From assembly GCA_050253415.1 (NCBI GenBank), contig JBFWJC010000005.1:1-64000 (forward strand): 64,000 nucleotides of DNA. The letters run 5' to 3'. How positions within the stretch are numbered: the stretch's first letter is position 1; each line of letters opens with the position of its first letter. Source of the stretch: Pedobacter sp. Its GTDB lineage: Bacteria > Desulfobacterota > Desulfuromonadia > Desulfuromonadales > Syntrophotaleaceae. A program made the position numbers and the translations under genes. A model generated the notes under the pieces. It saw only the letters and a list, made by a program, of their open reading frames with translations. It was not told the origin of the DNA and did no database searches. Positions 26,592-36,387 of the stretch are shown here, piece after piece.

Positions 26592-27245
26592 TGCATTTGC
26601 ATCTTGACCCTCGACTTCCATAAACCAAAATCTACCGTACTTTTGCCAGGCGAGTTCGTATCGTTTTCCTAGCCAAAAATCGATCTCCTTGCCTCCAATT
26701 GGTGTGTTAAATACTTCATCTCCAAAAGTGGCGCCGTCCGACGTATCGTAGCGCCAGCACTTAGCATCTTTTTTGCCGGGTTTAACAAAGCGCTCCATAT
26801 CATTCATAATGAGAGAAACACCCTGATTAGCAATATTCAAATCCACATATCTCTCAAGCAGGTGAAGGTCAAAATAGACATCTTTCATAAATATATCAGT
26901 CGCACCTCGCTTTCCGCCAGATGCGGCTAGCGTTCTGTAGCACTTCATTTCAATAGCAATTTTGTGCTCCCCCCCAGACCACTGGCCTGAGAACATGAGG
27001 TCGATTTCCCTGCTAGAGCCATCAACATTGACGCCAGTTTCTAGTTCCACTTGCAATGCTTCGTTCTCGTGGAAAGTAATGAGTGGCGCAAGCTGTTGAA
27101 GAATGTAGGCGAACTGCAACTGCATTGATGTTTCTTTATTAATCGGGATGAGCCCGCCACCAACCTTGCGAGAGAAAATCAGCCAAGATTTGCTAATTGC
27201 TGCTCGCATGCGTTCCGGTAGGTTTTCTGCTTCGAGATATGGCAT
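26586..27245 (-). CDS. Cassette protein, PD-(D/E)XK nuclease-like
   Basis: NKETSMQLQF...REIDL...IAIEMKCY...DVYFDLHLLE; start re-set to MPYLEA. Confidence 0.65.
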   Translation of the reverse strand: MPYLEAENLPERMRAAISKSWLIFSRKVGGGLIPINKETSMQLQFAYILQQLAPLITFHENEALQVELETGVNVDGSSREIDLMFSGQWSGGEHKIAIEMKCYRTLAASGGKRGATDIFMKDVYFDLHLLERYVDLNIANQGVSLIMNDMERFVKPGKKDAKCWRYDTSDGATFGDEVFNTPIGGKEIDFWLGKRYELAWQKYGRFWFMEVEGQDANAT

Positions 27246-27259
27246 TTTTTTCCTCTGCA

Positions 27260-27323
27260 ACCTAACGTCGCGGCTCACAGGCCGCGAGGTACGAGTGGTC
27301 CTAGTGCAGCCGCTTTGTTAGGC
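27260..27323 (-). other. attC site
   Basis: Minus: GCCTAAC-aaagcggctgcac...gtgagccgcgac-GTTAGGT, 64 bp. Confidence 0.9.
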
Positions 27324-27327
27324 GCCT

Positions 27328-27735
27328 TTACGACGCAGCAATAAACAAAGAAATTATGGAAATAATTATTGATAAAACGGCAATGCTTGTAGCCAGTTTA
27401 AATTTTTTATTTTCTTCTCTTAATTCTGCAAGCACAGATGCCATATAGGGAAAGTTAACGCAATGCATTTCACCATCGGCGAAATTTAGTGCGAAAAGCG
27501 GAACTTTAGTTCCATCTTCGTTTGTGTAACCGTACTTTTTCTCTAAATGATAGTACAGGCGGCCAAAAACGATATTTCCTTCGGCTTTTAAGCATTCTGC
27601 AATTTTGGAAATTTCAATAGGAACGTAATTTTTTGTACTTCGATTTGGATTGTCTGGTGTGTGAGATTCGTAAAAGGCAAAGTAACGCTTATAAATTTCA
27701 TTCAATATTTTAAGATCTGTAGGTATTTTTTTCAT
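27328..27735 (-). CDS. Cassette protein with a C-terminal TM helix
   Basis: 135 aa, AT-rich, bounded by core site and attC. Confidence 0.8.
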   Translation of the reverse strand: MKKIPTDLKILNEIYKRYFAFYESHTPDNPNRSTKNYVPIEISKIAECLKAEGNIVFGRLYYHLEKKYGYTNEDGTKVPLFALNFADGEMHCVNFPYMASVLAELREENKKFKLATSIAVLSIIISIISLFIAAS

Positions 27736-27741
27736 TTTTAC

Positions 27742-28115
27742 GCCTAACAGTAAATGGGCGGATCCGTATAAACCGCCGAGTTCTAAGTTTCTGTCAGCCT
27801 ATCAAACTAAACAGCAAACACATGAAATTAGGTCAATTTACTGTTATTGCTGTGGTTTTAAATCGATGAGCTACATATTAAGGCGGTATATATGGATCCA
27901 CATAAGACACCCTTTACATATGATAAAATATGCGTTTCCCGACTTCTGAGAACCAAGCGGGACATCAGTCGAAACCCATGGCAGTAGCAAACCAACCAAA
28001 CGGATTTATTCATGACCTCCGGCTACATTCCCATAAAAACCAACAAATTTACGACCTCCAATATTCTACAGATGGGTGGATATGTAAAGGGTTTACTGTC
28101 CTAAAAGTTGTTTCA
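27742..28115 (-). other. attI-like site and cassette leader, copy 2
   Basis: Lone GTTAGGC core; shares GGATCCG(C/T)ATAA.CCGCC, TTACTGTTATT, a GGATCC-centred dyad and GTCCTAAAAGTTGTTTCA with copy 1. Confidence 0.75.
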
Positions 28116-28162
28116 CATATATTCGGGGGCAAGGGGAACACTTTTTTGGACATTCTTACATT

Positions 28163-28579
28163 CCCTGCAATCCGGAACACTTAAGCGATCATCCCTACCA
28201 GGAAGGAGCGGAACGGCTGGACAGTCTTGCCTGACAACGGGGGGAGGGGGTTGTTTAAGCTCTCCTAGTTGGTTTTGGTCCGAATAGGCAGCACTAAAAA
28301 ACTGGGGTTGAATCAGAATAAATCCGTTTTGAATAGATTCTTGAATAGATTCTTGAATAGATACTTTTGCTAATTTCACCTGTGTTTCAAGTATGTTGAG
28401 TTTTTTTTGAATAGATAATGAATAGATTCAACCTGTCAATTCTGCGGAAGAGCTCGAGCTCCCAAAAAACCTACAAAGTGGGAGTCAGTGCAACCACCAC
28501 GGGATTTGACCAGCCAAGGGGTGGTGGTTCTGACTCCACCTTTGTCTAGAATAGGCTCCGGGAGCGACAACTTATGCGT
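28163..28579 (+). repeat. Non-coding element B, copy 2 (starts at junction core J14, ATTCTTA-cattccc-TGCAAT at 28152-28171)
   Basis: Colinear with 21853-22312; lacks one inverted GTCAG unit and has one extra 12-bp TGAATAGAT unit. Confidence 0.9.
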
Positions 28580-28764
28580 GAGCTTCCGGCTAACATTCCG
28601 TCACATATGGGCAAGGCCCATATGTTTCCTAGCGGCTTTGGCGTCTATAAGGCAGTTGGAAAAAAACTGTTTTTCTGTCTGGGCTCAACGGGGGAGGTCG
28701 GTAGTTTTAACCCCCTTAAAAATTGCTGAGTTTACACTGGCAAGGCTCAGTAGAAAAAGTGGCT

Positions 28765-29097
28765 TTATCGAGGTCCGTTATTTTCTGATTCCAGGTCGGA
28801 TACATACAAACGGACCCCATTTACGGCCAGGATTTGTTCACTATATTTGTCCCAACTCTCTCTAGCCAAGTCCTGAGCTTCAGCATGATCATGAATCAAG
28901 TAATCGAATTGCAGACAGGCTAGATCTCGATAGTGCCCAAGAGGGATCTCCGGATCTTTGGGAGCACTTTGGAAATAAAATATTAGCGTGTAGTCCGGGA
29001 ACCCTTTCCAACTGCACCAAATCGTATCGTTGACTAAACTGCAGCAAAATACACCTGGCAATCTAGAAAATGTGGTGGTTCTCATAAGATTCTCCAT
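28765..29097 (-). CDS. Hypothetical protein
   Basis: 110-aa ORF co-oriented with neighbours. Confidence 0.45.
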   Translation of the reverse strand: MENLMRTTTFSRLPGVFCCSLVNDTIWCSWKGFPDYTLIFYFQSAPKDPEIPLGHYRDLACLQFDYLIHDHAEAQDLARESWDKYSEQILAVNGVRLYVSDLESENNGPR

Positions 29098-29181
29098 GGT
29101 TCGAGTTCATTTTGGGCGTCCGTGACGTCAGGTTTTAAATGGCCATTTTCCCCCGTACATCATCTCTGGTTGAATCCACGT

Positions 29182-29934
29182 TTAGCTCTGCCAAATCTTT
29201 CCAGTATGAACATCGCAGCCCGTGAGTTGGCCCCCGGCGCCTGCCCCGGTATTCAATGATATTTCAAGCCTCTCCGTTCTCGGATGAAGAATCGGCGTAT
29301 GGCCATGCACGACGCATCTGTTCCAGCCGGTTTTGTATCTCCAAAACCCCTCTCTGCTCCATAGCAACTCATAGGGGTCCTGGTCGGCGATTCTTTTCCC
29401 AGAGGCTATCCCAGCATGCACAAACAAATATTGGTCAGATTCATACCAAAGCTTTGTTGAGGCCAAAAATTTAATGTGCTCCCTCGGAATGGTCTTCAAT
29501 GCCCTGCGGTAGGCGTCAAAGATCTGAGACTGGATCAGACCGTCATATGATTCAATGTCATAGCTCTTTAGCGTCAAATCCCCGTGGTTTTGAAACCATA
29601 GATGGGCGTGCCTGAACTCTGAGATGTCCATCCAGGCTATTTCGCGAGTCCACAATTCTGAAACGGTATAGAGTAAGGGGACGCCCGTTTTGACCGCGGA
29701 TTCAGTCAGGGCATCTAGAAATAATTGTTCATGATTGCCCCTCAGATAAACTGTTTGAGGGAATTGTTTTTGGAAATCGATCAAAAACTCGAGAACGCCG
29801 CGCGAATCGGGACCGCGGTCAATGTAATCACCAAGAAAAACCAACTGGTCTTTTGGGCAGGGATTGATTTTGGCTATGAGGTTCTTGAGTTGATCAATGC
29901 AACCATGAATATCGCCCACTGCGATCAATCGCAT
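29182..29934 (-). CDS. Metallophosphoesterase (PrpA / phage lambda phosphatase-like)
   Basis: GDIHG, GDYIDRG, GNHE, HAG, HGHT motifs. Confidence 0.92.
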   Translation of the reverse strand: MRLIAVGDIHGCIDQLKNLIAKINPCPKDQLVFLGDYIDRGPDSRGVLEFLIDFQKQFPQTVYLRGNHEQLFLDALTESAVKTGVPLLYTVSELWTREIAWMDISEFRHAHLWFQNHGDLTLKSYDIESYDGLIQSQIFDAYRRALKTIPREHIKFLASTKLWYESDQYLFVHAGIASGKRIADQDPYELLWSREGFWRYKTGWNRCVVHGHTPILHPRTERLEISLNTGAGAGGQLTGCDVHTGKIWQS

Positions 29935-29967
29935 ATTGCATCTCCCGATTGCCAATGGTGTGCGTCG

Positions 29968-30216
29968 CTACTTAAGCAAGCGGACTTTTTCGGAAAGGTC
30001 TCCGAGGATAATGGCCGCCAGTTTCTCCATGCCCTCCGAACGGATGTGTAATACCTCCCCCTCTGTTATTTTGCCGCTTTTAGAATTTTCTGCCTTATAA
30101 CGGTAAATATGTTTTCCCAACGTGTCGTACCAACTACCGCTTTGGGGCCCGCAATTATGGCCATATACGTTCACAATTTCGTGATTGTTTATCGCAATCT
30201 TGATGGAAAAGGGCAC
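29968..30216 (-). CDS. Small hypothetical protein
   Basis: GTG start after GGAGG; 82 aa. Confidence 0.5.
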   Translation of the reverse strand: MPFSIKIAINNHEIVNVYGHNCGPQSGSWYDTLGKHIYRYKAENSKSGKITEGEVLHIRSEGMEKLAAIILGDLSEKVRLLK

Positions 30217-30877
30217 TTTGAGGTCCTCCAAAAAATAGAATGACTTTAGAATCGATGAAATCCAAAGGCACTCCAGGGAAGGCAATTTTTGGTGTCTGTG
30301 GCTTTTTAGCGGGCCGTTCCTAGTCTGTGAAAGGTCTCCTAGATATGTTCAGGAGGCCATAACTTTCGCTGCAGGCGGCATGTAATCAGCCTCTGGGGCA
30401 GGGGAACGGTAGCCAAAATAAGCATTTATTCAGACTAGGTCGCATGCAGATTAGCTGTTTTTTGCGCAAAGGGGCGGGGACCCTTTTGGGAACAGGTATG
30501 GGCACACTTCTGGCGGATTGCGACCTCCCTGCCGCCTTCGGGGTGAATATGCTCCTCGACCAATGGCTTTTCTGGCCTTGTCCTCTGCCCCATAACCCTA
30601 TCAATGAAGGCTCCGGAAATCAAGGGGGGTGAATTCAGAAAAACATAGTGAAACCAGGTTGTTATCTAACACTTTTGTTAGGTTGATATCCCGTTGCTGC
30701 ACACTGAAAATTCGAATATCTTTAAATAAGGAATCGCCTCGATACATTAACGTTGATACTTTGGCGACAAGAAAGGGGAGGGTGGGCAAAAGGCGAATCT
30801 CAACATATGCGGAAAAGTTGGGGTTCACCTTTTTGCTTATTTCAAGTTTTATAAATGGTTAGGCGGCAAAACCTTGG

Positions 30878-30947
30878 AGTCTGAGAAACCCTGCAATGTG
30901 AGAAAACCCTGCCTGGCGATCCGGACGTGGTTTCTGTAATTGCAAGT
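30878..30947 (+). repeat. Module junction J15 (last one recognised)
   Basis: AGTCTGA-gaaaccc-TGCAAT-GTGAGAAAACCCTGCCTGG-CGAT-CCGGACGTGGTTTCTGT; abuts the stop codon of the next CDS. Confidence 0.85.
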
Positions 30948-32276
30948 TTATAACTTTCCCCCTTCGTCAACAGATGGCAGAGATAATCGCACGGTAGTTC
31001 CCTGGCCCAGCAAAGAGAAAAACTCGAGTTTGCCGTGATGCTCTCTGACGATGCGTGCAGAAACGGAAAGACCGAGCCCGGTTCCGCCGTCTTGGTGTTT
31101 GGTAGTAAAGAACGGTTCGGTGATATGGGGTAGCACTTCCGGGTCAATACCCTCACCCTCGTCTCGCACCTCTACAACGCAATGCTGGAGGGTTTCGTCG
31201 AAATAAGTCGCTACGAAAACACCACCTTCTTTATCCCCAAGCGCTTGGCAGGCATTGGTAAGGAGGTTGATAACTACCTGTTCCAGTTGTTGAGAAATGC
31301 CATTGACTCTAGGGAGGTCAGGCGCATAGGAAATCTCATAGGAGAGGGTGGACTTCCTGAGTAAATTGCCGGCGAGACGAACCGCAACGCTCACGACTTC
31401 ATTCAGATCTACCAAGCCAAACATTTGTTCCGGTTCCGACTTCACAAACTGCTTCAAGTCCTTGACAATGTCAATGATACGCTTGGTGCTAACCTTCATA
31501 TCGGCAAGCATCTGGCGTATTTCCTTGTCCATTGTGGAGGGATCCATCCCCGCCAGATTTTCGATGTCCTGTTCCTTCAGAAAATGTGAAATAACCGGCA
31601 AAGCCTCCTCGAAGAACTGCGCCAGGAAATCGGTATTGTGCATCAGCACGGCGTTAGGGGTGTTTATTTCATGGGCCACTCCGATCGCCAATTCGCCCAG
31701 CGAAGCCAAGCGCAACGACCGTTCCGCCTGAATCTGCCGGAGTTTTTCAACCCCCATGTGGGTAAGCAGATCCACCATGGCTTTATTAAGCTCCAAGACT
31801 TCAACCACTTTCTGCCGGGAAAGTATGGGCACCTTCTTCAAAGCTTCTAAATAGGCGTTCTCATCAAACCCGAACTGTCGGGCTTGCCGGCGAAAGAATT
31901 CTTCATCCGGGGGCTCATATAAGAACTGTCCAAAAAAAATGTTGGCCAGATGGCAGCCTTCAAACACAAAGGGGATACCGATATCAACTAATCCGTTTTT
32001 GCACCGGGATTCAAGGTACCCGCCTTCCGGCAGGTCAAGTTGTTCATGAAGGTGCCTTGTTAGATTGGTATCGCTCTCATGGCAGCGAGCACGCGTTTCA
32101 GGGTGCTGGCGATGAAATTTTGTGCAGATGTCCTGCCAGCCGGCAGCCACGAGGACCGTTCCGTCAACATCGAGGATTGCTCCGAGAAAACCGGATACTT
32201 TCCAAATCTTGTCCATCAGGTTCTGGACAGCATTAATGTCTACAATATCGGTAAGTTGTAATTTAATGTGTTTCAA
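30948..32276 (-). CDS. PocR-domain sensor histidine kinase
   Basis: GWQDICTKFHR...C..SD...CKNGL..GQF (PocR); VAHEINTP; GTGLGLS. Confidence 0.9.
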   Translation of the reverse strand: MKHIKLQLTDIVDINAVQNLMDKIWKVSGFLGAILDVDGTVLVAAGWQDICTKFHRQHPETRARCHESDTNLTRHLHEQLDLPEGGYLESRCKNGLVDIGIPFVFEGCHLANIFFGQFLYEPPDEEFFRRQARQFGFDENAYLEALKKVPILSRQKVVEVLELNKAMVDLLTHMGVEKLRQIQAERSLRLASLGELAIGVAHEINTPNAVLMHNTDFLAQFFEEALPVISHFLKEQDIENLAGMDPSTMDKEIRQMLADMKVSTKRIIDIVKDLKQFVKSEPEQMFGLVDLNEVVSVAVRLAGNLLRKSTLSYEISYAPDLPRVNGISQQLEQVVINLLTNACQALGDKEGGVFVATYFDETLQHCVVEVRDEGEGIDPEVLPHITEPFFTTKHQDGGTGLGLSVSARIVREHHGKLEFFSLLGQGTTVRLSLPSVDEGGKL

Positions 32277-32472
32277 GTTTTCCCTTTCAGAATAGCTATA
32301 AAATATTATATGTGCTACAGCGTCCTGAGTCTTCTTGTTACTTGATTAAAATGTTAAAAAATACAATATATGCTGGGCCAGACTTGCCATTGTGAATTGA
32401 AAACATAAGTATGAAAACTTACCGTTTATATGCAATTAAAGGTATTTATAACTTTCGGTATAAAAACTAGGC

Positions 32473-34143
32473 TCATCCAAACTGGTCAAGCCCCCGGTAG
32501 ACCTCAACCCGGTTTCGCCCAAGGTTTTTCGCCTGATAAAGAGCGTTGTCGGCCTGATTGATCGTCTTGTCTATCGTTCCAACTTCCGGAAGTGTTTCGG
32601 CCAAGCCTATGCTGATAGTGAGCTGCACCTGAGTTCCCTGCTCGGTAATAAAGCGTATCGATTCAACGGTTTTACGGATGCGTTCAGCGACTATGGCGGC
32701 TTCCTTCATATTCGTTTCCGGCATGAGCAGCACAAATTCCTCCCCCCCATAACGTGCAAACAGATCGATCGTGCGCATGACCTGACTGCAAGTCTGCGCA
32801 GTATCGTGAAGCACCTTGTCCCCGAAGGCATGCCCATAATTGTCATTTATCGATTTGAAATGGTCTATATCCAACATCGCTACCACTGCAACCGTTTTCT
32901 TTCGTGCTGCCCGAAGGACCTCTTTTTGCGCAATATCGAAAAAATAACGGCGGTTGTATACCTGGGTCAGTTCGTCCTTTGTCGCCAGGTTTTTTAGCCT
33001 CATGGCTTTATCCAGAAGCACTTCGGCGGCACGGGCCATTTCGGCGATTTCATCATGACCCGCAAGGGGGAGGTCTCTCTCGCCCTCACCATTCGATTCC
33101 GTCACCATCGCGTTGCTGATAAGGCTCAACCTGTTACCGAACCCCTGTATCACGATCCGTCTATAAAGCATGTAGAAAACAGGCAATATACCGATTACCA
33201 AGGATATGGTCAGATAAAGAATATGTTTCCCCTTCTGGATTAGTCGGTTTGCATGCTGATAAAATTTAGCGAATACCGCCTTTACATGGTTGGAGGTCAG
33301 CAAAGTTAATTGACCGACACTGTCACTTAAGTCGTCAATAAATCCTGGTATTTTGTCGTTTACCTGGAGATACTGGCGTTTTTGAGAAAACAGCTTCTCC
33401 AGATTGGCGCAGCATATACGCAACGCCTTAAGACGGGGATCGGCAGCATCACGCTCTTGCCCGTGTTCACGGTCAAGCAGTCGCCTTCGGATTTTCTCAA
33501 ACACGTCCTGCAGTTCCTCAATATCCTGAAGAGTCCGCACCTCCTCTAGCCGACCAAACAGCAAAATCAGCTCCTGGATCTGCTTGTATATTGGGTCGTA
33601 TTGTCCAGTTGTGTCCGGAGGCTCTCTGGGTAGAATGATGTCAAAGGCAGGCAGACTGGCCAGCGTTGCCTGGATCTCCAGGCTCTTGTGTCGGCTTTCC
33701 TCCTCCAGACCCAGCTTTTGCATCTCCAACTGAACCACCAGTTGCACCTGGGTGCGAATGGCCTGGCTTAGCCAGTTAAGGGTTAGAATATCCGCATCCC
33801 TCTCCTGTTGCGAAATTTTAGCTGTCAGGTTTTCAAGCCGATCGAGCAAGCCATTGAGTTGTCTGAAATTTTGCTCTATCTCTTCTACGGTGTTATTCCG
33901 TATGAGTGATTTGACGTAATTATCCACCCCTTGAGCGGTACTCTGAAGATCGTTGGCGGTTTCGATTTTCGGCAGAGTGGTTTCCATAAAAAGCTGCGTA
34001 GCCACCAGCAACCGACTCGAGCAATAGATATAGATAAAGCCACTGCAGGCCAGGACGACCATGGCAAGCCCAAAAAGGCCAGAAAGCTTGGATTGAATAC
34101 TATAGAATAGGGATTTTTTCACTTCGGTGGGGTCTTTTTCCAA
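32473..34143 (-). CDS. Membrane diguanylate cyclase (long helical periplasmic domain, HAMP-like, GGEEF)
   Basis: Two TMs; DIDHFKSINDNYGH; RxxD I-site (RTID); RYGGEEF. Confidence 0.92.
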   Translation of the reverse strand: MEKDPTEVKKSLFYSIQSKLSGLFGLAMVVLACSGFIYIYCSSRLLVATQLFMETTLPKIETANDLQSTAQGVDNYVKSLIRNNTVEEIEQNFRQLNGLLDRLENLTAKISQQERDADILTLNWLSQAIRTQVQLVVQLEMQKLGLEEESRHKSLEIQATLASLPAFDIILPREPPDTTGQYDPIYKQIQELILLFGRLEEVRTLQDIEELQDVFEKIRRRLLDREHGQERDAADPRLKALRICCANLEKLFSQKRQYLQVNDKIPGFIDDLSDSVGQLTLLTSNHVKAVFAKFYQHANRLIQKGKHILYLTISLVIGILPVFYMLYRRIVIQGFGNRLSLISNAMVTESNGEGERDLPLAGHDEIAEMARAAEVLLDKAMRLKNLATKDELTQVYNRRYFFDIAQKEVLRAARKKTVAVVAMLDIDHFKSINDNYGHAFGDKVLHDTAQTCSQVMRTIDLFARYGGEEFVLLMPETNMKEAAIVAERIRKTVESIRFITEQGTQVQLTISIGLAETLPEVGTIDKTINQADNALYQAKNLGRNRVEVYRGLDQFG

Positions 34144-35243
34144 TAGCGGATATAACTTTCCCGATATCCGTTTTGCGGATCAAAAAGGTTAATTTGTCCA
34201 GTCTTAGGCCAGATATTCGTCAACGTAACGATATGAGGAGGAGTGACGTACCCGCTCGGCGAATGTTTCTGCAACAAACGATTGATTTCATCGACCAACT
34301 GCCATCCATGGAAAAGCAGCGGTTCGGGAACCGTTGCCTTCTGATAACTGCCGTTGCGAATACGCAAAAAGGCCGAAGCGCTGCCGTCTCCCGCTGAAAT
34401 ATTGAACGGCGGGCCTGTAGGACTATATCCGGCCGTCACCAAGGGTATGACGGCATGATCGAAATACAGATCGTTGATGCCAAGGGAGTACGTCCAGTCC
34501 TGGGCAAATTTTTCCATGAGTGTCGTCATCACCACCGGCAACTGCTGTGCTGCTTGATTTAACGCAACATCTATTACTTCCAAAACCGTGCAACCTTTAC
34601 AGCCGCGAATTATTTCCGCCATGGCATCGGATTTTTGCATAGCTATGGCGAAGCGGCTGTCGGTAAAGATCATGACGGAAGCCGTCCCAGCCGAATCAGC
34701 GATGACATAATGAGCTGCGGTGCGAGCCACCTCCAACGAATCCGTAGTCACGTTAACCTGAATCGGTGTACCGGCGACAGGTCCCGGAAATGGCGCGACA
34801 TGCCAGCCGACAATCGGGATTCTCGCCGCGGCGAATTGCTTCAGATACCGGGAGTTGGCAAGACCGTCCATTCCACCCAGTATCACCGCATCGGGATCCA
34901 TGGAGAGGGCCTCGGCAAAAATGGCCTCGCGCCTTTCGTCCTGGCTTCCGATATCCAAAAACCGGACCTTCCAACCAATGGCGGCCGCGGCCTCACGTAC
35001 TCCGGCGCCAATACCGAGGATACCCCCATTTCGCAGATCTTCGGCTATATAGACGACGGTTTTATCGGCCAGAGCGGCAGGCCCGGAGGGGGGAAGACGC
35101 CAACTCTTTGTCGAAGCGGTTGCCTGCATGGTAATTTTCAGGGATTGTCCGATTACTGACATTCCCCCACTGAACAGAATGGTAGGGTACACAAGAACCA
35201 AGCATATACAAAATATTATCAGTCGTAACATCTTTATACCCAT
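34119..35243 (-). CDS. Periplasmic sugar-type solute-binding protein
   Basis: Signal peptide; EAAAAIGW, PDAVILGG, GIND, GWQLVDE motifs; overlaps the DGC start. Confidence 0.85.
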   Translation of the reverse strand: MGIKMLRLIIFCICLVLVYPTILFSGGMSVIGQSLKITMQATASTKSWRLPPSGPAALADKTVVYIAEDLRNGGILGIGAGVREAAAAIGWKVRFLDIGSQDERREAIFAEALSMDPDAVILGGMDGLANSRYLKQFAAARIPIVGWHVAPFPGPVAGTPIQVNVTTDSLEVARTAAHYVIADSAGTASVMIFTDSRFAIAMQKSDAMAEIIRGCKGCTVLEVIDVALNQAAQQLPVVMTTLMEKFAQDWTYSLGINDLYFDHAVIPLVTAGYSPTGPPFNISAGDGSASAFLRIRNGSYQKATVPEPLLFHGWQLVDEINRLLQKHSPSGYVTPPHIVTLTNIWPKTGQINLFDPQNGYRESYIRYWKKTPPK

Positions 35244-35490
35244 TTCCCTCTCGCGCCTTTGTGATTTTCTTCGGGTAGAGGAAGCCCTTAATTCAAGCCC
35301 CAGGAATGTATAACTCTCAATTCAAAACGCGAACTCGATATGACAAAGCAAAGAGCAGGAATTAACCGCCAATCCTCATCAAACCGTGCAGGCAGTTTTG
35401 CTTTCCACGTCTTTTTGATGTCCTTCAACGCATTATTGCAGGTTTGCTATTATCGAGAAGTTGCGCTGGTTCGCTTTTTCATAGGTCTCA

Positions 35491-35506
35491 TGCAAGGATT
35501 TAACCA
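35491..35506 (-). promoter_or_regulatory. Sigma54 promoter
   Basis: TGGTTAAATCCTTGCA (GG-N10-GC); UAS GCAACAATGGTTGC at 35585-35598. Confidence 0.65.
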
Positions 35507-35989
35507 GTAATACACAGTCCATCCCAAGTCATTGATCCCTAATGGAAAATCAAGGATATTCAGAGGGGGATAACAAAAAGGCCTGCAACAATGGTTGCCA
35601 GGTGGTCTCCATCCGGGAGATCATCAGTTCTAGCAGGCCGTTGAAAAACTAACAGAGAGGGAGCCTGTTCTGTTCCCGTAGTTCATTTTTTGATCTTTGA
35701 CAATCTATGGTCGCCCTGTATGGGCGTACCTCTCCTGAAACAGAGGGGCCAAGTCGCCAAGCGCATTATCCACCATGATTCGGATGGGGCGAAGAAGATG
35801 ATCCTTTGGAACTCGTGAGTAGCTGAACATGGCCTGCTTCTGTGGGTTTTCGCCGCGCATAATGTTTTCTCATTCAATATCAGTAACTTATTCGCGAAAT
35901 TATAACAAAGATGCGACTCTTGTTATCGTAAATTCGAGAGCCTGGGCGAACTGTTTTCAAAAACCTGGCAGGCAGAAAATCCTAGAATG

Positions 35990-36294
35990 GAAATACCGCG
36001 CTTCGCCACGTCAAATGCCGAATCGAATACGCTGAGCATTTTCTAGTTGCCTTGGTACATCACAATGGGATTATCTACCATCAAGGGTATCGTGTTTACA
36101 TTGCCCGCCTGCTCAAAGGTGACAATTTGGGAGTCGCAGAGACCGCTGATGGCGTCTGGAACGCCCACTTTGGTCCTCTACGATTAGGTACTTTAAAATG
36201 CAAGAGATCAAAAAGGCCCGCAATAACTATCTTAAACTGCATGTGTAACCTGTGTATCTGAACTTTTGTGTTACTTATATATTTGACTCCTACA
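35990..36294 (+). mobile_element. IS481-family transposase 3' remnant with terminal repeat
   Basis: Broken frames YRASPRQMP...V..NG.I...RVYI..LL.G..LGV.E..DGVW...FGPL.LG; end with two TGT(A/T)AC.T.T.T boxes terminating in TACA. Confidence 0.7.
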
Positions 36295-36387
36295 AGGTTC
36301 AAGCTATGGGATCATGTTCCATCAACATAGTGACAGCATATGTCACAGGCACCTTCCTTTGGTGGATAAATACCTGTAATTATATCT

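Larger units (their letters stand above)
26520..28171 (-). mobile_element. Integrase-less integron cassette array 2 (2 cassettes + attI-like leader)
   Basis: Two attC sites; cassette ends complementary (TTAGGTTGCA/TGCAACCTAA; TTAGGCG/CGCCTAAC); leader homologous to array 1. Confidence 0.85.

Noticed and set aside
35634..35967. MITE bounded by CAGGCCGTTGAAAAAC / GTTTTCAAAAACCTG
   Set aside because: Inverted repeat is imperfect, with no clear target duplication and no second copy in the window.
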